A DNA stretch of 64,000 nt from Caldimicrobium sp. (GTDB taxonomy: Bacteria; Desulfobacterota; Thermodesulfobacteria; Thermodesulfobacteriales; Thermodesulfobacteriaceae), in assembly GCA_025060015.1 (NCBI GenBank), contig JANXDB010000066.1, forward strand, positions 8,635 through 72,634, read 5' to 3'. The position numbers were made by a program, and so were the translations under genes. The stretch's first letter is position 1. Each line of letters starts with the position of its first letter. Shown here in pieces: positions 30,296 through 40,168 of this stretch. Below the pieces are notes generated by a model. It had not been told where the DNA came from and searched no databases. It saw only the letters and a list, made by a program, of their open reading frames with translations.

Positions 30296-30482
30296 TTACT
30301 TTTTTTCTGAAGAGTTGCGTTCCTGTCCTCGCTGTGGTCAGGATATGGGAGCTGAAATCGAAAAACTCGGTCTTTTCCCCATCACAGCCAATGAACCCTT
30401 TTTAGATATAGAGGATTTTATCGAGGCTGAGGAAAACTTTGCTAAGAGAAGGACGCTGGAATTTCCTTTGCCAACTGAGTAA
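30276..30482 (+). CDS. Small zinc-ribbon protein
   Basis: ATG at 30276: MRCPKC...CPRCG; overlaps the secA 3' end by 20 nt. Confidence 0.65.
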   Translation: MRCPKCSYFFSEELRSCPRCGQDMGAEIEKLGLFPITANEPFLDIEDFIEAEENFAKRRTLEFPLPTE

Positions 30483-30484
30483 GA

Positions 30485-31228
30485 TTAAGGGACTTTACCA
30501 CCAAAGAAATCCTTCTTCGTGCCTCTGTTTATGTCTTCGGTTTCCTTAAGGGAGTCTCGGTAATATCTTTCAAGAAGAGCCCTTGCTACCTGTGCAGATG
30601 ATGTCTCTGGATATATCTCAATAAGGTAAAGGAGGCGTTGATAGGCCCCTCTGTAATATTTAATCCTGTGGTAAAAGTTCGCCACATAAAGCTCTTGACT
30701 GGCTAAGAGTTCTCTTAGCTCTCTGATACGTTTTTCAGCCTCTAAGTTATAGGGGCTTTGAGGAAAATTTTGCACAAGCCTCTGATAATTTTCAATGGCC
30801 TTTTTAGTGAAAGACTGATCCCGGTCTGTGGGCTGTCTTAGTTTATAATATGAGGTGCCTATTTGATAAATCACATAGGGAATGGCTTCGTTATTGGGAT
30901 AAAATTTTTCGAACTCCTCGTACAAAGCTATAGCCTCTAAGTATTCCCCTGCCCAGAACTTAGTGTCTCCAAGTCTGAGCTCAGCGAGGATGGCTTCAGC
31001 AGTGCCTGGATATTTGTTTTTTACCTCTTCGTAATACTGATAGGCTAAATCATATTGGCCCCTTTGGAAATATCTTTCAGCCCTAAACATGAGTTCTCCC
31101 AGTGGAGCTTCTTCCTTTATTTTAACATCTTTTGCCTGCCATAATTTGAGAGGATCAGGTACTTTTGCGCAACTTACGAAGAAGGATGAAAGAAGACCAA
31201 GGAAGGTAATTAGAAGCCTTCTATTCAT
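30485..31228 (-). CDS. bamD: Outer membrane assembly lipoprotein BamD
   Basis: Lipobox FVSC, TPR repeats, RDQSFTKKA, FPQSPY. Confidence 0.88.
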   Translation of the reverse strand: MNRRLLITFLGLLSSFFVSCAKVPDPLKLWQAKDVKIKEEAPLGELMFRAERYFQRGQYDLAYQYYEEVKNKYPGTAEAILAELRLGDTKFWAGEYLEAIALYEEFEKFYPNNEAIPYVIYQIGTSYYKLRQPTDRDQSFTKKAIENYQRLVQNFPQSPYNLEAEKRIRELRELLASQELYVANFYHRIKYYRGAYQRLLYLIEIYPETSSAQVARALLERYYRDSLKETEDINRGTKKDFFGGKVP

Positions 31229-32151
31229 GATTCTTTGATATATTCATGGGCATTAAGAGCGGCAACTGCGCCCTCCCCACAGGCATTGATAATCTGGCGA
31301 AATCTCTTGCTGACACAATCACCGCAAGCAAATACTCCCGGAACGGAGGTCCTCATCTCTTTATCTGTTATTATAAATCCTTGTTCATCAAGATCAAGCA
31401 CACCTCTAAGCCAAGAGGTCTCAGGCTCATAACCAATGAATATAAAAACTCCAGCCAATGGTAACTCTTCTTTATCCCCTGTGAGGAGATTTTCCAGGAT
31501 GACCTTCTCAACCCTTTGTTTTCCAACGATCTCCTTAGGCACTCTGTTCAGTTTGAATTCAATTTTAGGGTTACCCTTTACACGCTCCTGAAGGATAGGA
31601 GAAGCCCTGAAGGTTTCCCTTCTGTGGACGAGGTAAACCCTTTTAACAAAACCTGCCAAATACAATGCCTCCTGGAGAGCAGTATCTCCACCTCCTACCA
31701 CTACCACCTCTTCTCCTCTGAAAAAAGGACCATCGCAGATGGCGCAGTATGAAACTCCCTTTCCAGTTAGCTCTCTTTCCCCAGGGATTCCGAGTTTTCG
31801 TGGTTTAGCCCCAAGAGCTAAAATCACCGCCTTTGCCTTATAGGTATCCCCATTAGAGAGGGTAACAACTTTCCCCATATTGCCTTCGTGTAGACTTACC
31901 ACTTCTCCTTGAACAAGATTTAAACCAAGCTTTTCCGCCTGTTTATTCATAAGTTCAATCAGTTCATAGCCTGAGATCCCATCGGGAAATCCGGGATAGT
32001 TCTCAATGAGATCGGTATAGATTACCTGGCCACCAACTGGGCCCTTTTCAATGAGAAGGGTCTTTAAGAGAGCCCTACGGGCGTATAGATAGGCAGTTAG
32101 ACCCGCAGGCCCTGCTCCGACTATTATCAGGTCAAAGTGTTTATCCTTCAC
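31225..32151 (-). CDS. trxB: Thioredoxin reductase
   Basis: GAGPAG, GVSYCAICDG, GGGDTA, FACGD. Confidence 0.95.
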   Translation of the reverse strand: MKDKHFDLIIVGAGPAGLTAYLYARRALLKTLLIEKGPVGGQVIYTDLIENYPGFPDGISGYELIELMNKQAEKLGLNLVQGEVVSLHEGNMGKVVTLSNGDTYKAKAVILALGAKPRKLGIPGERELTGKGVSYCAICDGPFFRGEEVVVVGGGDTALQEALYLAGFVKRVYLVHRRETFRASPILQERVKGNPKIEFKLNRVPKEIVGKQRVEKVILENLLTGDKEELPLAGVFIFIGYEPETSWLRGVLDLDEQGFIITDKEMRTSVPGVFACGDCVSKRFRQIINACGEGAVAALNAHEYIKES

Positions 32152-32162
32152 AGAGGATATTT

Positions 32163-32486
32163 TTAGCCTACAACCTTGTTTAGAGCATTGGCGAGTGTAG
32201 CCTTGGAGACAGCTCCTACTATGGTTTCTACTACCTGGCCATCCTTGAAGATTATCATAGTGGGGATAGCCCTGATACCGTATTTACCTGGTGTGACTGG
32301 ATTTTCATCTACATTTAACTTGCAGATCTTAGCTTTACCCTGATATTCTTCTGCCAACTCATCGATCACTGGAGCTATAGCCCTACAAGGGCCGCACCAG
32401 GCTGCCCAAAAATCCACAAGAACTGGTATTGAAGATTGTAAAACCTCCTTTTCAAAATCCTGATCTGTTACCTTACAAGCACCCAT
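32163..32486 (-). CDS. trxA: Thioredoxin
   Basis: WCGPC. Confidence 0.97.
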   Translation of the reverse strand: MGACKVTDQDFEKEVLQSSIPVLVDFWAAWCGPCRAIAPVIDELAEEYQGKAKICKLNVDENPVTPGKYGIRAIPTMIIFKDGQVVETIVGAVSKATLANALNKVVG

Positions 32487-32555
32487 CGTTCCCCTCCTGC
32501 GATTTTATAGTTGGTCAATAAACAATAGCATAAACCCTAAAATTTACAAGACAAA

Positions 32556-33236
32556 TTAATCCTTAAGGAACTCTCTCTTGGTTAAGACTATCAATCTTTT
32601 GTACATCAGTGCCAACTCTTTGGCAAGCTTCTCTCTTTTTAGTAGAAAGTAATTATAAGCTATAGCAGCGGGAATGGCTACCAGAAGGCCCATAGCCGTA
32701 TTGATTAGAGCCTCTGCAATACCAGGAGCAACAGTTGCCAAGGAGGCACTTCCCTTTTGCCCTATTTCATGAAAGGCTCGCATGATACCCCAAACGGTTC
32801 CAAAGAGTCCAATAAATGGGGCGGTATTGGCAGTGGTTGCTAAGAAACCAAGGCCCTTTCCAAGTTGAAGCAAAATCCTCTCCTGCTCCACAAAGGCCTC
32901 CTCCTCAATTTCCTTTTCAGCCTCTACTCTTGAGGACTCCCCTTTTTTCCCACTTTCTGAGTAAAAATTGTATATCTCCCCAAAACGGGTCAAAAACCTC
33001 TTAAAACTCAGTGTAATTAAATCTCCAGCCTGAGACCTTACCTCCCTGATAAAGTTGGCTAATTCCCTATAGGTATCAAGCCTCGAAGCCCAAGAAAAAA
33101 GACTCTCCTTAAAGTTATTTAGCGTTAGATAATTAAGAAAGATATAGTACCAGGAGATAATACTCATCATGAGAAGCACAAAGAGAACAAACTTACCCAC
33201 TAGGCCTATCTGCCAAAAAAATTTAAAAAACTCCAT
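32556..33236 (-). CDS. tolQ: MotA/TolQ/ExbB proton channel protein
   Basis: LATTANTAPFIGLFGTVWGIM, VAPGIAEALINTAMGL; ATG at 33236 preferred. Confidence 0.85.
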   Translation of the reverse strand: MEFFKFFWQIGLVGKFVLFVLLMMSIISWYYIFLNYLTLNNFKESLFSWASRLDTYRELANFIREVRSQAGDLITLSFKRFLTRFGEIYNFYSESGKKGESSRVEAEKEIEEEAFVEQERILLQLGKGLGFLATTANTAPFIGLFGTVWGIMRAFHEIGQKGSASLATVAPGIAEALINTAMGLLVAIPAAIAYNYFLLKREKLAKELALMYKRLIVLTKREFLKD

Positions 33237-34059
33237 TTTCACTCTCCCAGAGATGTTCTTCTGTTTTAAATTGAAAGCCAAGATGACTAAAAAAGACCCT
33301 CAGACCCGCTAAAGCCTCATCCATGAGTCTATAGGTATAGTCATTGACGAAGGTATTCACGTGTTTAAAAATTGTATCCCTATCTAGCTCCTGAGCGTAT
33401 TCCCTTAAAAGAGGATATACCTCCTCTCGATGATCTCGTGAGTATTTTAAACTCTCTCTAAAAAGTTTTAACACTTCATCCTTCAATTCCCTAGTAAGAT
33501 CTCTCCTTATTAAAAAACCTCCTAAGGGTAAGGGCAGTCCGGTTTTGCTCTCCCAGAGACTGCCTAAATCTGTGAGGAGATTTAGGCCATATCGCTGATA
33601 GACAAATCTGCCCTCATGGATTAGGACGCCAAAATCAACCTTCTTTGTAAGTAAAGCTGGTATTATCTCTTGGTAGGGAAGATATACTCTTTCATAGCAT
33701 TGAGGAAAAAAGAGTTCCATCAGGAAATTTGCCGTGGTTAATTTCCCCGGTAAAGCAACCTTCTTACTTGAGAGTTCAAGATCTGCTTCCAAGGATACGA
33801 GAATAGGGCCAACACCAAAGCCCATGGCAGTGCCACAACCAAGGATCTCATAGTGGGTTGCTAGATGTGGATAAAGGGCAAAGGAAGTTTTGATAACAGG
33901 AAAGAGTGCTTCAAAAGCCCAGTTGTTTAGTCTCTCGATATCAGCAAAAAGGAACTTCAGGGGAAAGGTTGATTTTATCTTTTCTAAGATTAGCCCAGAG
34001 AGAATAAAGACATCGTTTGGACAGAATGATAGAGCTATTTCCACTCTCTGATTATACAC
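33223..34059 (-). CDS. mqnD: 1,4-dihydroxy-6-naphthoate synthase (futalosine pathway)
   Basis: SFCPND, DIERLN, GPILV, LIHEGRF, PLPLGG; GTG start near 34059 is approximate. Confidence 0.9.
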   Translation of the reverse strand: MYNQRVEIALSFCPNDVFILSGLILEKIKSTFPLKFLFADIERLNNWAFEALFPVIKTSFALYPHLATHYEILGCGTAMGFGVGPILVSLEADLELSSKKVALPGKLTTANFLMELFFPQCYERVYLPYQEIIPALLTKKVDFGVLIHEGRFVYQRYGLNLLTDLGSLWESKTGLPLPLGGFLIRRDLTRELKDEVLKLFRESLKYSRDHREEVYPLLREYAQELDRDTIFKHVNTFVNDYTYRLMDEALAGLRVFFSHLGFQFKTEEHLWESENGVF

Positions 34060-34658
34060 TCCCAGACCTCTCTTAGTTTCTTCCCTGCTCTCTCTATTTC
34101 CCACTCCTTTTCTGGTTCACTTAGCATATTGCTTATCACCCTTACCTCTAGGAGAAAAACCTTTGATCTCCTTGCTGCCCTGCCCACTGCAAAGCCCTCC
34201 ATATTTTCTCCCAAAACCTGGAACTTGCTTGCAAGATACCGTGCTCTCTTTACGTCATAGGTTGCAGAACAAACGGTAGCCAAGGGTCCTCCCTGAGGAT
34301 TGAAACCATTAACCTCTAAAAGATAGATCAACTTCTCCGTAAAAACATGGGTAAGAGGACAATAATCAGTTGAAGGGAGATGCTCGGGAAATGAGACCAG
34401 ATGGGTTTCGTATTGACGACCAAAATCAACGAATTTTTCACAGGTAGCAACCACCACATCACCAATATCAAGATCTGTTTGCGGATAAGCTCCTGCAAAA
34501 CCTGTTAAAAAGGCAAGGTTTGGCTTTTTTTGTTGAAAAATCTCATAGGCACTAAGGGCAGCTTCTACTGGTCCCATTCCTATGACATGCATATCAATGG
34601 GGAGATCCTTTAAAAACCCTGCCTCAAGATCGCTGGGAACGAGAACTAAATTTCTCAT
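34035..34658 (-). CDS. mqnB: Futalosine hydrolase
   Basis: GMGPVEAA, GFAGAY, ENMEGFAV, VRVISN (PNP/UDP fold); adjacent to mqnD. Confidence 0.85.
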   Translation of the reverse strand: MRNLVLVPSDLEAGFLKDLPIDMHVIGMGPVEAALSAYEIFQQKKPNLAFLTGFAGAYPQTDLDIGDVVVATCEKFVDFGRQYETHLVSFPEHLPSTDYCPLTHVFTEKLIYLLEVNGFNPQGGPLATVCSATYDVKRARYLASKFQVLGENMEGFAVGRAARRSKVFLLEVRVISNMLSEPEKEWEIERAGKKLREVWECIIREWK

Positions 34659-34945
34659 AGATGTTCTCTCTCCCCCAAATCATCAGTATATAAAACCTCA
34701 CCTTCAATTCCCCAATTATAAAGTTCTGCGAGAAAAAAATCAACTTCGTTGTTCCTTATGAAGTTTCCCTCAGATACGAAAGGAAGAAAAAGCCTAATCC
34801 TTGGTGGTGATATGCTTAGGACTGATATTTCAGGCTTCGCCTCCTCAGGCATACCTCTTATGCTATCTTTGAAGAGTTTCTTGACAAAGAGCCTAAGATC
34901 TTTTTCTGAGTTAAATCTTCTTTTCTCTACCTTAAAGTCTCTCAA
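34655..34945 (-). CDS. Hypothetical protein
   Basis: 96-aa ORF overlapping both neighbours in the same direction. Confidence 0.55.
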   Translation of the reverse strand: MRDFKVEKRRFNSEKDLRLFVKKLFKDSIRGMPEEAKPEISVLSISPPRIRLFLPFVSEGNFIRNNEVDFFLAELYNWGIEGEVLYTDDLGEREHL

Positions 34946-36776
34946 AAAAACCTCTTTTTCTCAAAACTTTCTCAGCCTCCTTAATATAGAGACCCAAATA
35001 GCGCAAAGGCCTAATTTCTAAATCATCTCTCAGATATCTTAGCGCTGAGGGAATGAATTTGAGGAAGTGTTTTTTACCTTTAAAAAAAGCTAAATTCACA
35101 TAGGCACCTAAGGCCTGAAGATGTCTTTGGACCCTCATCACAGGGAGGCTCTCACGAAGTGAACTCTCATCAAAGGTCTTATCTATCTCCTTTCTCCGGT
35201 TAACATAATAATCCACTAAGAGGGCTCTTACATCGGAGTGGATAAACACATAGGGATCGTGAAGAAGAGAGATAAGGTCGTAACCAGGAGGTCCAATTCT
35301 TGCTCCCTGATAATCAATCAAATAAACCCTATTCCTATGAATGATAACATTTTGAGATTGAAAATCACGATGAATAAGGTTTTTGGGATAGCAATGGGCC
35401 TCCTTTGCCAGTGAGTCTAACTCCTCATCCAAAAGAGAGTCCCACTTAAGAGAGCAGAGAAAAGCCAAGAACTTCTCCTGAAAATATCGGGACTCCCAAC
35501 GAAAATGCTCATTATCAAAATATGGAAAGGAAGGTGATGATTCATCAAGATGCAGTGCATGAAGCTTGATCAGCTCGTCGATAACTTTTTTATAGATTTT
35601 GATCCTTGCCCTTTCGCTTCCCTCCATCTTCATATAATTGTAAAGTGAGAGATCACCCAAATCCCTGAATAAAACTTCCCTATTCTCCACGTCCACTTTC
35701 AAGATCTTCGGGACTGAAAGGCCCTTTGAGTAAAAGTATCGGTTGTAACTAATAGTTCTCTCAAAATCAGATAGATCATCCGACCCCTTCATCTTTACCC
35801 TATTCGAACCAAGGCGAAAAAATCTTCTATCGGACCCTCCGTTTCCTATGGGGTATCCGGTGGCAAAGGAAGGAAAAAGGTCCTCAATGCTTAGAGGGAT
35901 AAAGCCCTCCTTCAGGAGTAACCCATTTCTGAAGCTCCCCTTGATTTCTAAATTTTCGGCAAGGACCACTACATTCTCAAGAGAGGCTCTCTTTTCTACA
36001 TAAGCCTCGGTCTCTATGGAGACAAAGCCCTTTAGTTTTCTACTCTCGACCATGGCTTTTGGATGAATAAAAAGGTTTTCTCCCTCCTCTTTTAAGAGAT
36101 GAAAGACACATCGGAGATAACCGGAGGGGGTGCCGACATCAAACCAAGGACCATTCAGTGGAAAAGTGAGGATAGTTTCTCCGACCGAGAGTGCAGAAAG
36201 CCAGGCCTCAACCACCGAAGAGGGGCCTTCTGGAAGAAAGTGGAAAATCTCTCGCTCATAGAGGGCTATTCCAGAAAACCCTATACGCTTGTAATCACCA
36301 CTTTTGGTGGTGTCATCTGAGAGGCCTTTCAGTCTTCCCAGTTCATCAATGATAAGTCTATTTGCCTGGGGATTATCCACAGTTAAGAGAGTAGCCAAAG
36401 GTCTGTGTTTCAGATGAAATTCAATAGCTTTAGAGAGGTCGACATCAGTGTATATGTCGCCGTTATACACGATAAAGGTAGTATTCTCAAGAAAAGAACG
36501 CGCACCCACGAGGGCACCACCTGTTCCTAAGATCTCCTTCTCATAAAAAAGGCGAAATCCCTTTGAGAGGGGATGAGCTAGGAGGTATTCCTCAAGCTTG
36601 TGGGACAAGTGATGAAGATTAAAACCATACTCTTTAGCAGTAGATAGTTGGCTAATTTTATCCAAAATATAGGAGAGCAACGGTTTGCCTAAGAGAGGAA
36701 CAAGAGGTTTAGGTAAGCGTTGGGTAAGAGGTTTTAACCTTGTACCAAAGCCAGCACAGAGAATGAAGGCCTTCAT
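34932..36776 (-). CDS. Fused nucleotidyltransferase (MurU-like) and aminoglycoside-phosphotransferase-fold sugar kinase (AmgK-like)
   Basis: N-terminal ILCAGFGTRLKPLT...PKPL, ILGTGG; C-terminal GSDRRFFR, DLGD, HRDFQSQN, IDYQ. ATG at 36776 preferred. Confidence 0.8.
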   Translation of the reverse strand: MKAFILCAGFGTRLKPLTQRLPKPLVPLLGKPLLSYILDKISQLSTAKEYGFNLHHLSHKLEEYLLAHPLSKGFRLFYEKEILGTGGALVGARSFLENTTFIVYNGDIYTDVDLSKAIEFHLKHRPLATLLTVDNPQANRLIIDELGRLKGLSDDTTKSGDYKRIGFSGIALYEREIFHFLPEGPSSVVEAWLSALSVGETILTFPLNGPWFDVGTPSGYLRCVFHLLKEEGENLFIHPKAMVESRKLKGFVSIETEAYVEKRASLENVVVLAENLEIKGSFRNGLLLKEGFIPLSIEDLFPSFATGYPIGNGGSDRRFFRLGSNRVKMKGSDDLSDFERTISYNRYFYSKGLSVPKILKVDVENREVLFRDLGDLSLYNYMKMEGSERARIKIYKKVIDELIKLHALHLDESSPSFPYFDNEHFRWESRYFQEKFLAFLCSLKWDSLLDEELDSLAKEAHCYPKNLIHRDFQSQNVIIHRNRVYLIDYQGARIGPPGYDLISLLHDPYVFIHSDVRALLVDYYVNRRKEIDKTFDESSLRESLPVMRVQRHLQALGAYVNLAFFKGKKHFLKFIPSALRYLRDDLEIRPLRYLGLYIKEAEKVLRKRGFFERL

Positions 36777-36897
36777 TTTCAATAGTTCAAGGATAACATA
36801 ACTCTCTCGTATAAGCAACTCATTGACTGGTTAGGTGGTTTGCAATTTTGAAAAAATGGGATATTTTTGGATTTAAAATTACTCGGAGTTGTTCTTT

Positions 36898-37242
36898 ATG
36901 GAAACCCTGATGATTGTTCTTCAAATCATCCTTGCTTTATTCATTATGCTTATTGTCCTTGTTAATGTTACAAAAGGTTCAGAGTATGGAGCCGTATTCA
37001 GGGGAGCAGAGGCAATTTTTGGTGGAGCTGGACCAACGAGTTTTCTCAATAAGATCACCATGCTTCTGGTGGTCTTATTCTTCCTAAACTCCCTATTGTT
37101 AACCAAAATCTCGTCAAATAAACAAAAGATCCCTTTACCTGAAAAGACTCCAGCAACAAAAGAAGCTCCAAAGGGACCACCTGTTCCAACCCCCCTACCT
37201 TTACCACCGAAGGAAGCTCCAGGGAGAGCGCCCTCAAATTAG
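36898..37242 (+). CDS. secG: Preprotein translocase subunit SecG
   Basis: Two TM helices with a GAEAIFGGAGPTSFLNKIT linker. Confidence 0.9.
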   Translation: METLMIVLQIILALFIMLIVLVNVTKGSEYGAVFRGAEAIFGGAGPTSFLNKITMLLVVLFFLNSLLLTKISSNKQKIPLPEKTPATKEAPKGPPVPTPLPLPPKEAPGRAPSN

Positions 37243-38406
37243 ATGAAAAATGTTGTAATCTTAGGTTCCACAGGGTCTATAGGCACCTCTGCTATAGAGG
37301 TCATCAAAGAGTTTCCCCACAGATTTAGAATCTTGGGTTTATCTGCTAAAACAAATTTAGAGAAACTAAAATTGCAGGCTGAAACTTTTAAAGTTCCCTA
37401 TTTGGCTATTGAAAAGGAGGAGGTTGCTAAAGCTCTTCAGTCCAGTCTTAGTTATCCTGCAGAGGTATACGTGGGTGACAGGGGTTTGGCTGAACTAGCT
37501 CAATTGGATGAAGCTGACATTGTTTTGATTAGCGTATCAGGCATTAAGGGCCTCATTCCTGCCTACTATGCCTTGAAATCTGGCAAGAGGGTCGCTCTTG
37601 CAAACAAGGAATGCCTCGTTGCAGCAGGTGATTTACTGAAGAATCTCATAAGGGAACATGGTGGAGATATCTTGCCTGTTGACAGTGAGCACTCCGCTCT
37701 GTTTCAACTTTTAAAGTGTGATGAGCGTAAATTTGTAAAGAGAATCATTTTAACGGCATCAGGCGGTCCCTTTTTAAATTGGGATATAAAGAATTATGAC
37801 AGGATAACCCCAGAGATGGCGTTAAAACATCCAACTTGGCAGATGGGTCCCAGAATCACCATTGACTCCGCAACCCTCATGAACAAAGGTTTAGAGGTAA
37901 TTGAAGCTCAACAGCTTTTTGATTTCCCATTGGAGGCCATTGAGGTTATAGTTCATCCTCAGAGCATAATTCACAGTTTAGTGGAATTGAAAGATGGTTC
38001 AATGTTAGCTCATCTAAGTCAACCTGATATGCGTCTTGCCATAAGCTATGCTCTAAACTACCCAGAAAGGTCCACCGTTAACGTGAAACCCCTTGATCTG
38101 ACAGAACTTGCTAGTCTGACCTTTCACAAGGTAGATCATGAGAGGTTTCCCTCTATTACTCTGGCTTATGAGGCTGCCCGAAAAGGACATCCATATCCCC
38201 TGATTTTAGAAGCCAGTGACGAAGCACTTGTTGAGGCCTTCCTTAAAGGAATTATTAGCTTTAGAGAAATACCATACTTTATTGAAAAAATTATAAATGA
38301 ATTTAAATTTACTACTAAACCTGAAAAAGATCCAGAAAACTACCTTGATTTTCATCGTCAAGTAAAGGATTACACCTTAAATTTGATAGAGAGGAAGAGA
38401 GCATGA
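37243..38406 (+). CDS. dxr: 1-deoxy-D-xylulose-5-phosphate reductoisomerase
   Basis: LGSTGSIG, ANKE, PVDSEH, HPTWQMG, DSATLMNKGLE. Confidence 0.97.
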   Translation: MKNVVILGSTGSIGTSAIEVIKEFPHRFRILGLSAKTNLEKLKLQAETFKVPYLAIEKEEVAKALQSSLSYPAEVYVGDRGLAELAQLDEADIVLISVSGIKGLIPAYYALKSGKRVALANKECLVAAGDLLKNLIREHGGDILPVDSEHSALFQLLKCDERKFVKRIILTASGGPFLNWDIKNYDRITPEMALKHPTWQMGPRITIDSATLMNKGLEVIEAQQLFDFPLEAIEVIVHPQSIIHSLVELKDGSMLAHLSQPDMRLAISYALNYPERSTVNVKPLDLTELASLTFHKVDHERFPSITLAYEAARKGHPYPLILEASDEALVEAFLKGIISFREIPYFIEKIINEFKFTTKPEKDPENYLDFHRQVKDYTLNLIERKRA

Positions 38407-39485
38407 TTACCTACATTGTTGCGACCATAATAGTTATCGGATGGCTCGTTTTTATTCACGAGCTTGGCCATTTTTTGGCTGCAAGAAGAATGGGGGTAAA
38501 GGTAGAGGTCTTTTCCTTAGGCTTTGGGCCCAGGCTTTTGGGGTTTATTAGGGGAGAAACAGAATATAGAATCTCAGCTATCCCTCTTGGTGGTTATGTC
38601 AAGCTCTACGGTGAACACCCAGAGAGTTTACCATCCATAGTGGAAACAGAAAAGGCCTTTGCCTTCAAGAAGACTTGGCAGAAGGCTTTCATCGTTATAT
38701 CAGGCCCTCTGGCTAATTTTATCTTTGCCTTTATTGCCTTTTGGCTTATCTTTGTGCTTATTGGAAAAACCTACACTCCTCCAAAGATAGGAGAAGTCCT
38801 TCCCTCCAGTCCTGCTGAAAAGGCAGGCCTTAAAGCAGGAGATCATATTTTAGAGATAAATGGTAAATCCATCAAAAGCTTTGAAGACCTACTTATGGAA
38901 TTGAGGCGTAAAGACACCCCAGATCCCATTTTGCTAAAGGTTAAGAGAGGTTCTGAGGTTTTAGAATTCTCTATTGTCCCTCAGATGGTTGAAGGCACAA
39001 ATCTCTTTGGAAAAAAGACCCGCATCCCAATGCTTGGGCTTAAGGCTTCTCCTGAACAGGTAGAGGAAAAGTTTGGTCCCATCTCTGCTCTCTTGCTTGC
39101 CAGCCAGAAGGTCTATGATTTCACTGCTCTTACCTTTTTAGCCATTTATAAGCTTTTCACCGGAGAGCTTCCCTTTTCAACCTTAGGTGGGCCTATAACC
39201 ATTGGCAAGTTTGCAGGTGAGTCTGCCAAAATGGGCTTACTTGCCTTTGTGACTTTTATGGCTCTCCTTTCCATAAATCTAGCTGTGATTAATATTTTAC
39301 CACTTCCTATGCTTGATGGAGGTCACCTAGTCATTTTTGGTATAGAAGCTATAAAAGGAAGCCCTCTGCCTTTGAAAACTCAGGAATTGCTCTTTAAAAT
39401 TGGTCTTATTTTGATCATAGGACTCTCGGTAGCGGTCTTTTACCATGATATCCTAAAATTACTCTCTGGATGGAAGTTCCCCTAA
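38403..39485 (+). CDS. rseP: RIP metalloprotease RseP
   Basis: HELGH, PDZ domain, NILPLPMLDGG. Confidence 0.95.
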   Translation: MITYIVATIIVIGWLVFIHELGHFLAARRMGVKVEVFSLGFGPRLLGFIRGETEYRISAIPLGGYVKLYGEHPESLPSIVETEKAFAFKKTWQKAFIVISGPLANFIFAFIAFWLIFVLIGKTYTPPKIGEVLPSSPAEKAGLKAGDHILEINGKSIKSFEDLLMELRRKDTPDPILLKVKRGSEVLEFSIVPQMVEGTNLFGKKTRIPMLGLKASPEQVEEKFGPISALLLASQKVYDFTALTFLAIYKLFTGELPFSTLGGPITIGKFAGESAKMGLLAFVTFMALLSINLAVINILPLPMLDGGHLVIFGIEAIKGSPLPLKTQELLFKIGLILIIGLSVAVFYHDILKLLSGWKFP

Positions 39486-40168
39486 TACTTGCCATAGAAA
39501 CAGCTGGTTTGAGAGGGGGGCTTGCTCTTTATGAGCAGGGCCTTCTTGGTGAAATCAACTTCTATGCCCAACAATCCTATTCAAACATAGTCCTTGAGTA
39601 TTTACCAAAGCTTTTAACTCAAACGAAAAAGAAATTAGAGGATATCACCTTTGTCGCCGTAGACATTGGGCCAGGGAGTTTTACCGGCTTAAGGGTTGGG
39701 CTCTCCATTGTTAAAGCCCTCTCCCTTGTCTACGATTTTCCCATACTTCCCATTGTAAGTCTTGAAAGTTTGGCCTTTCGTTTTTGGGGAATACCCTTGC
39801 CTATCGTTTCCCTCATAGATGCCCACACTCAGGAGGTCTTTGTAGGGGTCTATAGATGCACACCTCATGGGATATCAGTGTTGAAGGGTCCTGTATTGAC
39901 CCCCTATAAGAGACTTCCGGAGTTAATAAGAGAAAAATCTCTCTTTGTGAGCGAAAGCCTTGAGAAGTGGGAAGACTTTTTAGCAAGGGAGCTTGGAGAT
40001 CTCTTTTTAAAGCCGCCCTTTAAAGTGTCTATGAGGGCAAGCTTGCTTTCTGAGCTTGCCCTGTTAAAATGGTATAAGGGAGAAATCAATCCAATTAAAG
40101 CTGAAGAGCTCTTGCCGCTATATCTAAAGGTCTCTGAAGCTGAGCGAAAAAAATGCTTGTCTATTTAA
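39470..40168 (+). CDS. tsaB: tRNA threonylcarbamoyladenosine biosynthesis protein TsaB
   Basis: LAIET, GPGSFTGLRVG, PLYL. Confidence 0.92.
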   Translation: MEVPLILAIETAGLRGGLALYEQGLLGEINFYAQQSYSNIVLEYLPKLLTQTKKKLEDITFVAVDIGPGSFTGLRVGLSIVKALSLVYDFPILPIVSLESLAFRFWGIPLPIVSLIDAHTQEVFVGVYRCTPHGISVLKGPVLTPYKRLPELIREKSLFVSESLEKWEDFLARELGDLFLKPPFKVSMRASLLSELALLKWYKGEINPIKAEELLPLYLKVSEAERKKCLSI

